Shown one piece after another: positions 36,268 to 47,039 of a stretch of DNA of 64,000 bases (the stretch's first letter is position 1; every line of letters starts with the position of its first letter). The stretch comes from Naegleria gruberi (lineage: Eukaryota): assembly GCA_000004985.1 (NCBI GenBank), contig GG738875.1; one strand, given 5' to 3'. The position numbers and the translations under genes are program-made. Under the pieces are notes generated by a model. It saw only the letters and a program-made list of their open reading frames with translations. It was not told the origin of the DNA and did no database searches.

Positions 36268-37210
36268 ATGGTGCAAAATATTAAAGTTGCTGTTTGCGGT
36301 TCAGGTGCTGTTGGTAAATCATGTTTAACTATTCAATTTGTACAAAATCAATTTGTTGAAGCGTAAGTAAAAATTAATTTAATTGACATTTTGACAGGTG
36401 AATAGATGGGATCCTACAATTGAGGACAGTTATCAAAAAACACTTAAAATTAATAATGATGTAGTACAATTAGATATATTGGACACAGCCGGACAAGGTT
36501 TGTTTTTTTATTCTTTACAATTTTTACAATTTTGTTAAAGATGGTATGTTTAATAGTAGTATTTTAAATATATCGGAGGAATTTTAATATTTTTTTTGAT
36601 CATTTGATAGAATACAAGGTATGTCATGATGATCAAGTTATTATTAATATCATTCAACTATTATTAATTGTAATACTTTACAAAAAATATTTAAATTATG
36701 TAAATTATTTAAAAGGCATTAAGAGATGAATATATGAGAACTGCTGATGGATTTTTATTGGTTTTTGATATTTCAAAACCAAAAACATTTGAAGATTTGA
36801 ATGAATTCCACAAACAAATTGTCAGAAGTAAAGATTGTGATTATCCACCAATTGTACTTGTTGGAAATAAGATTGATGTAAGTTAATTATTGTTTGTTGG
36901 GTGATGATGATGATATTTTTTATTACATTTTATCCTCAATCTAATCTCATCAACTATTTAATAATACATATTTAATAATAATTGTAAACTTTAGCTTCCA
37001 CCTGAAAAGAGAACAGTTTCGAAACAACAATCTGAGGAACTTTGCAGTAAATGGAAAATTGAATTTATTGAAACAAGTGCAAAAACAAGAACAAATGTCG
37101 ATGAAGCATTTCAAAAGTTAGTCAAATTTGTTTTGAGAGATTTGGAAAAAACCAAACCACCACAACCAACTACAACACAAAAGGAAAAGAAATCATGTAT
37201 TTTACTTTAA
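36268..37210 (+). CDS. Ras-subfamily small GTPase with CAAX box; join(36268..36362, 36406..36497, 36611..36618, 36716..36877, 36995..37210)
   Basis: The P-loop is [13 protein letters not shown], switch I is [10 protein letters not shown]3 is [12 protein letters not shown]4 is LVGNKID, G5 is ETSAK, and the C-terminus is CILL. All four introns are GT..AG. One exon is an 8-nt microexon. Confidence 0.8.
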
Positions 37211-37307
37211 TAATAGATGTAAATAAAAGATTGGAGATGAATTCCATTCACATAGTATTCAAAATCTTAGTGGAATAATATGTAAAAATCAACAATGAAA
37301 TTGTAAA

Positions 37308-40156
37308 CTAATCAATTTCAATGATTTCATTTGGATCTCTCTTACGTTTCTTCTTTTCAGCATTGGCAATAGCAACTTGATGAATACTATGGATTTCATG
37401 TTTGGCTGGGTTCTCTCCCATCAAAATATCAACCAAATTACGATAATCAACTACAACACAGTTTTCACATTTAGCACCAATCTTTTTGTGTTTGGAAAAT
37501 GTATTCTTATTAATAAGCACTAAGTTGGCATAGAAATTATCAATTTTTCCACCTCCACTCCTTATTAAACATTCAACTCTGCTCTTAGTGTGCTTCCTCA
37601 ATAGAACTTGTCCAGTCATGTGAGAGAAAACAAATGTTTTCAACGCCTTATGATTCTGATTTACCTTTAGTAGAGTTTGAACTTTAGAGTCGAATTCATG
37701 TGCACACTTATTGAAAAGATAAGGTTCTTCGTCAATCCAACATTGAGATTCAATACTCTTTTGAATATACTCTGGTTTAACAATGGCACAATTACCAGCT
37801 ACTGCACATAGAAAATTGTAATCTTCCGTGTTGAGATGATTTGCCACAAAGTGAGTTGTAACATTTGGAACAAACTCCTTATTGATTTGATAATGTGTTA
37901 ATATTCCAATATCTTTGGTCAATTCATTTTCCAATTCTGGATTTTGGAAAAGGATATTTCTTTGTGAGATTTCATTGGACCAATTATCTGCACTCTTTAA
38001 AATCATATTTTGTACATCAGTTTTGTCTTCAACTCCTGATAACCATTGATTAATAACTTGTAAACTTTCTTCATCCAAACTTGTTTCGAACATTTTCAAA
38101 CATTTCATTACTAAATGTTCTGCATCTAATTTGTGAGCAATGTCCAACATTGGAATCACCAAATCATTCTCTACAACAGGCTCAATTCCATAGAACATCA
38201 TTAAAATATTTTTCAATGCTCTTGTTTTGATTTGAGATTCAGGATCAATAAGCAATTGCTTCTCCTCATCACTCATTTCTGCAAAATTAATTAATGCACC
38301 ATCAGCTACATCTTCATCATTGAAGAGATTAATTTCATCAGAAGCAAAATGACCAGTGTAAAAAGCTTCAAAAAATGTACTTTGTGCAATTAAGACACTT
38401 CTATGACATTTGATCTTTTCAGTGCCAAACTGATCTATAATGATGGTAGTATCTGATGAATCAGAATTAAATAGACTTTCTAGACATGAATGAGTGGTTG
38501 GTAAAGTAGCAAAGTTCCCATTTTTCATAAATGTCGATAAATCCTTCCCTAATATCTTTGGATCTATTCCTTCCTGTTTCAACATCTTTATGAATTTGTC
38601 AGCAATTGGCTCAAAACCTATACATTTTGAAATGTGAACTAAACTCAAATACATTAGTGGGGCTGTAAAATCATTAAAATCTACACACATCCTTTCAAGA
38701 TAGTATAATAGCTCTGCAATCATTGAGGTTGAATATTTCTTCATAAATGAGCAATTTTCTGAGAAACAATAATCAACCAAATCTTGAAGAATATTTGGTG
38801 AATTTTCAGAATTAACTAAGTTATCTTGTTTGAGGAATGTATAAAATGAAGGATTTCTAATTTGGATAAATGCAAGGAATGTGTAAATGTTATTCGAATT
38901 ACCAATTTGAATTGTATCAGAGGATAATTTGAATTGTTTGGCCTTTTCTGAAACAAGTTGATAAATTGATTTTTCAACTTGGTGTGGTGAGTAATCTGAT
39001 TTGTAAAATATTAATTCATCGTCATTGAAATTAACTCTAGCATTTGAATCAGTTCCAAAATTAACAATTAAAACTGGTTCGTTCACACTGGTATTTTCTA
39101 CCATGACTGTATTCATACCATCTGTGGTTTGAATGTGCATATTATTGGTGGTTTTTTCATTGCAAAATAAGAGTACATCCTCTGAATCATTGTTTTGGTA
39201 TTCAATTTGAGTACTATATCTGTTGCCTCTGTGATTGTTTTAGTGAACTTGGTGGTGAAAACAATTTTTTTAGGTAAGCAATAAACAGCCTCAATACTAG
39301 GCAAATAATATATATAGAATATTATCAATATTAATAACATACCTATCAAACTGTTGTAGAGTTGGAATAACTTTAGTGTTTCGCAATGGTGTTTCCCCTA
39401 AAAATTGGCCATAAGCAACATATGATCCATCACTCAATTTAAATAAAGAGTATGATCTGCCACAATAAACATCAACTATGTTTTCCTTAAGCTCAGTAAT
39501 TCTCTGAGGTGTAGAAAGATAGACCGAATCGTTTTCAAACGTCTGTTGTCCATAATAATTACTACCACAAGTGTAAATCTTTTTAGTATTGGTAAAGAAT
39601 AAAGTGAAGGCATCTCCACATGCAATCTTTACAACCTTGTCCTTATACTTTTTGCTATTTATATTGATTCTATCAAAGAAATTCAATGGAACAAAATCAT
39701 GCACTGTATCCAAATGTCCCAATCCCAATTGACCATAATCATTTTTCTAATAAAGTAAATTAAATTAAATTATATTAATACTATATTAATACTAACACCC
39801 ATTCCATAAACTTTTGATTTTCCCAAGAGAAATAAATGTGTATTTGTACCAACAATGTCCAACACTGAATCATTAATTGTATCAACCAATTTCAATATTG
39901 AATAAGATTCACTATATTTGCATTTGTACAATTTTCCCTCACTATCAATCACAAATAAATTGCTTTGAGAGACAATAGCCTTCTTGATCACAATATCATT
40001 CGGAATGGAAATTTGATAGGTTTGTGTGGTGGGTACTGCGTAGCCCTTCAAGGATGGAGCATAAACTGAGAGGACAATAATCTTATCATCAACATCAATA
40101 TTAATTTGTTTGGGCTCCACAGTGTAAGTTTTTTTGGTGGTGGCAAAATGAAACAT
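37308..40156 (-). CDS. RCC1-repeat + BTB domain protein (RCBTB-like); complement(join(37308..39213, 39343..39746, 39797..40156))
   Basis: RCC1 repeats occur in exons 1-2 (KVYGMG, NDYGQLGLGH, GSNYYGQQ). The BTB domain is IIIDQFGTEKIKCHRSVLIAQSTFFEAFYTG. Choosing the acceptor atatag|t at 39213/39214 gives a 129-nt intron, joins exon 2 in frame to the 610-codon ORF, and yields an 889-aa protein. Confidence 0.8.
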
Positions 40157-40356
40157 TTTTTTTCGATTGGTTATTAGAAAATTTGTTTTCCACCTTTTAA
40201 AGGAGAAGAATAGCACAATTCTTTGTGATTAATCATCCGAGTCAAGAATTTAATAGAAATATTTATAAGTGATGAATATTCAGCTTAATTCTTCAAAGTT
40301 TAGAACATTCTTCTCGGCAAAATATTAGGTTCTAAATGTCAGGAACAAAACTTCAA

Positions 40357-40429
40357 CTCCCCCTGGTGGGCTCGAACCACCGACCTGCAGATTAACAGTC
40401 TGACGCTCTACCGACTGAGCTAAGGGGGA
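40357..40429 (-). tRNA. tRNA-Asn (anticodon GUU), 73 nt, no intron
   Basis: The minus-strand reading is TCCCCCT-TA-GCTC-AGTCGGTA-GAGC-G-TCAGA-CTGTTAA-TCTGC-AGGTC-GGTGG-TTCGAGC-CCACC-AGGGGGA-G. The acceptor stem has 7 bp, the D-arm is GCTCAGTCGGTAGAGC, the anticodon loop is CU-GUU-AA, and the T-loop is TTCGAGC. Confidence 0.85.
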
Positions 40430-41202
40430 CTTCTGTCGTCATTTGTTTTTTAGTATTCGGTTTAATATTTTATCTTCAAGAACAAATAAGCACCAGGAAG
40501 TGGTGTTTATTAAGCACAAGAACAGTCTTTTTCTTTGATGGCTATTTGGCATAGAGTTCAGCTCCTTTTCTCTCATTTTAGGAGTTGTATACTATATTAA
40601 ATCGAAATTAGTGAATTCCATCTCATTATCTGTAAGCAAATTGAAAAGGGAGTCAAATCATTTATTTGAATAGTGAAAGCACCATTTTGAACAACAACCT
40701 TTGATTATTTCTTGCTCCTTGAAAAGATTTGAAAGCACTTAACATGTTGGTCTCCAGATATAGAAGAGTGAAAAGTTATTACCCATAACTACTGAAATGA
40801 ATCTTGTTGAAAGAAATAGGACTAAAGCGATTTTACATTTCATTTATTGAAAGAAAAGGTTCAGAAATACCTCCACAACAAGATGAAATTCTTCGAAAAC
40901 AATTGAAGATAGCATTCAAAAACCACCATACGAAACTACTGATTCTTGCTCAGAACAATTGTGGGGTCCTATTTTGTTAATTGACTTGTTGTTATTGTTA
41001 ATATTTAAATTAGATTAATATTCAAATACTAGGTCGAAACAGTCATTCAGATCCAATATTATGTTTGATTTGTTAATAGTTTATTGAACTTTACATTTTG
41101 AAATGAGGTTGTATAGGTCAACCCAAGTTACAGCCAAGTTCCTCCAAAGAGAAATAATCAACTAATTCCTTTGATGTTTATAATTCAATTCCAATAAAAA
41201 AA

Positions 41203-41956
41203 ATGTCTTCACCAACCTTTACTTTGATTGATGAGAATCCACAAAAAACCATCGATGAAGTTCTCATTGAACAACAAAGCCACAGTGAAAGATTATTGGA
41301 CAAACCAATGGAAAAGGGATTTTCCTTTAAATTTGATTATGTTGCAACCATCGGAAAAACTGGACATGAAGGAAATGGACACGATGAATTTAATAGACCA
41401 GACGATGTGATCATTACAAGAGATAGATATTTAATTGTTGCAGATAAAGAAAATGAAAGATTGCAAGTTTTTATTGAAGATTATTCATTAATTTGGAAAT
41501 ATTTCACAACCATCAAAACTCCTCAAGTGAAACCATACTGTTTAGAATTGAAAGAAAGTGAAAGTGGAGAAGAAACTTTATGGGTCTTGGGTGATCATTC
41601 AAATCAACAAGTGTTGAAATTTTCAAACATTTCACAATTCATTTCTGATATTAACAATGGAAAGGAAACTAAACCAGAACAAGTTGATAAAAAAACTAGC
41701 GGATCATTTGTTAATTTCCAATTTTCAATCACAACAGATAAATTTAAAGGTTGGTCAATTCGTTCAGAACCATACGAACATGAATTGGAAGTTTATGGAG
41801 CTGATTTTGAGATGGTTTTTAAATATGCTAAGGATAAAGGAAGTGGTCCTGGAAATGATCAATTATATGTTCCATGTGGATCATGTATTGATTATAAACA
41901 TGGACACTTTTTGATTTGGTGATTCTGCCAATCACAGAATTCAAATATTCCAATAA
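41203..41956 (+). CDS. NHL-repeat protein; the ORF ends at 41922 but a 1-nt frameshift continues into a perfect NHL motif that ends at 41956
   Basis: NHL-like units are present, including GKTGHEGNGHDEFNRPDDVIITRDRYLIVADKENERLQVF. After ...KHGHFLIW*, removing one nucleotide in attTgg gives FLIGDSANHRIQIFQ*. Confidence 0.6.
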
Positions 41957-42572
41957 AACCAAAACCAGTATTGAGTCTAATTTCACACTGACAAGGTTAC
42001 AATTTCTTTCAATTCATAATTCTTTCAACAATATCCACTTCAAAGAACAACTTGGTCATCATCGTTCTCTATTGACACAGCCAATCTATCATTATCCATT
42101 CTATATTCCTTCTTTAATAATTTCTAAAGAAATAGTCAAGTGAAATTGAATTTTCCATTCACTGGTGCGTGTTTCTATTACCAATAAACTAGCGAAATAT
42201 ACAATTAACACCTTTACATATAATTTTCCATTCAATTTAAATTTGTCATCCTATTTACTACTATCATGATTTAGTTTAATAGGAAAGAATGTATTTGATT
42301 TTAAGGATTTGACTTCTATCCAAATACATCTATCAATACCATACTCCAACACAAATTCGCTATGGAGTGTTGGTTGGAGTTGAAAATATTGTCATGAAAT
42401 AATAACGGAGCTAGTTGAATAACCGACATTCGTTCAATAACAAGATTATCCAATAAAATAATAATAACAAATTCAATTATTTACATATGATGAAGATGTA
42501 TTGTCTCCATCTAAATAAACAATATGTTTATTATTAATGATACATTTCAATTTACAAGCAACTTTCGTCCAT

Positions 42573-42749
42573 TTAGAAAACGAAACCAAAGACAGCCAAG
42601 ATAGCAATCAACAAGATAGCAGCGAAACCTTGTTCAGGAGCACCAGCATAAACTTCAGATTCGTGATATTGAGCGTTAATTGGAGAGGCAAAGAAGAACA
42701 TGATGCAGGCCAAGAGCATCATCATGACAATAGTTTGAGTGGAAGACAT
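42573..42749 (-). CDS. 58-aa small secreted or membrane protein (signal peptide + C-terminal hydrophobic segment) with strong codon bias
   Basis: The protein is MSSTQTIVMMMLLACIMFFFASPINAQYHESEVYAGAPEQGFAAILLIAILAVFGFVF*, with a real ATG at 42747-42749 and a TAA at 42573-42575. The ttc/atc/gct/ggt/gtc codon bias is typical of highly expressed genes. The track instead lists the antisense ORF at 42537-42758. Confidence 0.45.
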   Translation of the reverse strand: MSSTQTIVMMMLLACIMFFFASPINAQYHESEVYAGAPEQGFAAILLIAILAVFGFVF

Positions 42750-43401
42750 TTCGAATAGTTAGTTTTTTTTGTTGTTATTTGTTGAAGAGGATGAACAAGA
42801 GAGCAGTGATCCTTTAAATTCAAAAACTGAAACAACCGGTAATATGTACAATTGAGGTTTCGAACATCCTTCATACAATTTTTATAACTTACCTTCTATA
42901 TTAAGACCGGCAACGAAACAAGAGGTTTTTCAAATAAGGTTGAATAGAAGCATCAATGGATATGCACATCCATGTTGGTTTGTCGTGAATCTCTTGCACC
43001 GAAAACGCAGATTTTACTAGCTTTGACTTGGTTTTTTGTAATAGTTTACAATGAGGTGATTGTAAAGTTTACTATTTAATACATGCACTCATTAAAAGTT
43101 GTTCTACTTTCCATTAACGTTTGCTTTACAAAAATATCAACAAGTGCACTCTTTGAATTTGTACCATTTCGAATATTACTTTCCATTGTTCAAAGCGAAT
43201 AAAATTAATTATCTCTCTACTCTAGTCCGCTAAATATTCATTCTCCTAGCAAAAAATAAACACTCTATAATCATTTTGAATTAAACTATAATTTTTAATG
43301 ATGATACAATAATATTCTAAATTTCTTAAATATATAAAAAAGGGATACAAAAATGAATAAATCTATTCCATATTCATAATACACTGGTATGTAGTATACT
43401 A

Positions 43402-46400
43402 TTAATTTCTATTTGTAAATAATAAAACAACAGATAATGCAATAAGAATTAAAGTGACAATTGACTTGGCATCAAAAGATTTCAAACCAGCATCTGGAGT
43501 AGCACAATCAATCTTTTGAGTGTAACCAGTGAAACATTGACAAACACCTTCACTTGAACATAATCCATTACCATTACAATCATTTGGACATTTTCTACGT
43601 TCACAACTGACACCAGAGTAAGAATCATCACAAGTACAAATACCAATTGAAGTATCACAAGTACCATGACCATTACATTTTGGATCAACACAATTGTACA
43701 AATCACAATCAAATCCAGTGAATGAATCTTCACATGTACAGAAACCTGTAACTGGATCACAAGTACCCTTATAGTTACAATCTCCAGGACATGGTTTAGT
43801 ACCTGTAATGATTAATGAATGTTCTGTACCTAAAGCAACATCAATGGCAAGTTCTCCATTTGGAATTGGAACCTTAGTTGGAGTATAAACATTATTTTGA
43901 TGACCTAAACCCAATTGACCCTTATCATTCAAACCAAACATGTAAACTGCACCACTAGCTGTTAAGAAACCAGCATAATAACCATCAGGTTGAGAAATAA
44001 CAATCTTGACAGCAGTAATTGGAATACTTGGATTCAAAACTGGTGTAGTAATTCTAGAACCATTGAGATTTGGATCTAAACCCAATTGACCATAAGTATT
44101 ATCACCAACAACATAAACACCAACACTTGTTACAATAAATGTAGAGTCAGCACTTGTAATAATGTTAGTAATTGTTGTAATGTTTGTAAATGTACCAACA
44201 GAATTACTGTTAGAATTACTATTCACATTACCAATTTCACGGAAACTTGAACTAGCAGTCAAAGCACCGAAACCTAATTGACCATAAGTACTATCACCAG
44301 TACCATAAACTCTATTGAAATAAGTTCTTGTAGTACCAGAACCACCCTTTGATTCATATGAAACATAAGTTGAATGGAATGGACCAGCAGCAGCCATAAC
44401 GACAGTATTGGTTGACAAACGAATTGGAGCTTCCTTTTCAACGTTAGCAATTTGACCTCTACTGTTACCACCCATAACGAAAAGTGACATGGTAGTTGCT
44501 GTAGTTCTTCTAGCTTTCATAATTGTGTGAATGGCACCACATGAAACTGATTCAATGACAATGGTACCGTTTTCATATTGAATAGTACGTGGAATGAGTG
44601 TAACGTTTGAAGTTGATGTTCCAGTACCAAGACCCATTTGACCATTTGAGTTACTACCCATGGCAAGAACGAGAGTTGAAACATTGGTCATGAAAAAGAC
44701 AGTTGTTTGTACTTTTGATGAATAAGTACCATAACCAATTGAAATACCAGTAACATTGTAAGAATTCAATTCAGGAATAGCACGTGGAACTTGTTGATCA
44801 ATATAAATGTTTGGATTTAAGAAATTGTATGGAGATCTATTACTACCCCATGCCCAAGTCTTACCAGTCAAATATTCAGTAGCAAATGAAACACCATTAC
44901 TAGCATAAACATGATCAAATTGAACATTTGATGCAATGGTACTCAAAACAGTTGGAGAAGTATAGTAAACTTGATCACCAGTTGTGGAAATCTTACCCAT
45001 ACTATAAACACCATTATCAGTAGTTAATACGAAAGTATTCTTTGAGGAAACTGCTAAAATGTATGAGGCAGTTTTTCCACTTGGAACAGTTGTTGAACTC
45101 TTAACAGCTCCAGTAACTGAAGAAGACCATGGATTTAAACCCAATTGACCTTCAGAATTGTCACCACAAACATAAACATCACCAGAAGATGTCAATAAAA
45201 CAGAATGTTGATAAGCAGTGGTAATTTGAGTAATAGTTGTAGATAAAGAAGGTGAGAATAAAGCAGATGAAACTTGAACTGGATAATATGAGCTAGTAGT
45301 TGAAGTACAGAATGAAGCCATATCATTCTTACCCCAGAAATATACCTTGTTTTGATTAGTTGAAGCCAAAGCACCCAATTTGTAAACTGAAATATCTAAA
45401 ACAGTTTCACCATTCAATTGAACTTGAACTGGAGTAGCTTGTTGAGTGATAGAAGTACCATTAATACCCAAAACACCTTCATCATTTGAACCACCAGCAA
45501 AGAGTTTACCATCAGTTGTCAAAACAAACATGGAACGAGAATAACCAACAACTTTTTGAACTGTAGTATAATAGGAAGTACCTAAAAGTGTTGGAGCTTG
45601 AACAATATAATCAGTAATACCCATCTTTTGGAATGCATTATCACCCCATCCATATAATAAATTAGTACTAATTTGAATACCAAATGAAGAATATCCAAAT
45701 GCAAATACTTTGGCTAATTTGAGAGTTGGCACACTATCCATAATTGTGAGATTAGTTGGAGCAACCAAATAATCAAAACCTTTACCAAGTTGTTGATAAT
45801 TGTCTATTTAAATTCATGGATACATAAATAATAATTTTAACACAATAAATGTCAAGTTTTCAAATGCAATCAAATATTTGAAAATGATATGTTAACAAAT
45901 GATCATATAAAATAGATTACATACTATTACCAAAACCATAAAGATCCGAATTTCCATTATTCAAAAGATAGATAACATGTTCAGTACCACAGGCCAATGA
46001 TTTAATACCAACACTGTAGGAAGCAATCAATTGTGGAACTGTGAAACTAGAAGTAGTATTCAAACCTAAATTATTATTATTAGTATTATCATTCAAAAAT
46101 AATCATTATATTCATCACAATTATAATCACACAATTTTAAATAATCACAAATAATAATAATAATATACGTATGTGAGTGAGTGAATGTGATATTACACAA
46201 TTTGTTGCAAATTTTCATCAATTATTATTACATTCTAATAACAACAAACATACCTAATAAATAATTAACAGTTGATGAGAGTGTGTTTGTACTTGAACCC
46301 ATTCCATATAATTTACTTTCTCCTGTAGTTTCGGATACAACAAAGAAAACTCTAACATTTGAACCAGAATCATCTTGTTGAGCGCAAACAAAAGAAACAT

Positions 46401-46703
46401 TCTTTCCTTTGAAAGTATCAATAGCTTGTGGAATGTAGTAATTTTCTTGTCCTAATTGACCAGCAGCATTTGAACCAAATCCATAAACTTTACGTCCTGA
46501 AACTGTTGATGGAAGAGATGATAATCTTTTAGCACGCGGTTTAGTAAATGGATTGTAGGATTTACAATAGATGGAATTTGCAATAAGTATACTGCAAAGT
46601 AGTACAATTAATAGTTTAAATGACAAGTTTCTAATGGTTTCGAATAAGTTTATAATGTTTAGTTTTGTGATAACATTAGAATAATACGTTACCTTGATGT
46701 CAT
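43402..46703 (-). CDS. Type I membrane protein with an extracellular RCC1-like propeller, 3 EGF-like modules, a TM segment and a short tail; complement(join(43402..45803, 45925..46065, 46254..46630, 46693..46703))
   Basis: Exon 1 (atg aca tca ag) plus a 62-nt intron gives the signal peptide MTSRNLSFKLLIVLLCSILIANSIYC. There are at least 10 RCC1-type repeats (KVYGFGSNAAGQLG, GDNSEGQLGLNP, GSNSNGQMGLG, GDNTYGQLGLDP, LNDKGQLGLGH). The EGF modules read CPGDCNYKGTCDPVTGFCTCEDSFTGFDCD, and two further copies follow. The TM segment is IVTLILIALSVVLLF. Introns are 62, 186 and 121 nt, all GT..AG, and the protein is 976 aa. Confidence 0.8.
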
Positions 46704-47039
46704 TTTTTTCTTCTGTTGAAAATTTGACAAGTGACTTTGTTGATTGGTAACGGCTGCCTTCAAAAATGACATGACAGAACGAATAAATAGAAAGGAATGC
46801 GTCAAATGGATCTTGTTCAATTTTACTTGAGTTTTTTGTTCGTTCACAAATTTTCTTCTAATATCAAACTAGTAGTATGATTCGAACGAATCATTTGGCG
46901 CCATTTTTATTCATCAATGTTTACACTGTAAATTCCAAGCCTCGAGGCTTTCTTGTTAAAAATAGCGAACTTTTACAACAAATAAGTCCTCACTGTTAAA
47001 GTCTTGCGTTTTAATTTTCCAATTTTTAAAAGAAAAAAA

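Noticed and set aside
42537-42758. Track ORF on the plus strand
   Set aside because: It is antisense to a better-supported, codon-biased 58-codon minus-strand ORF and has no codon bias of its own.
43482-45374. Short minus-strand ORFs (43482-43760, 44274-44471, 45192-45374) within the RCC1/EGF gene
   Set aside because: They are out-of-frame readings of the same strand's genuine CDS.
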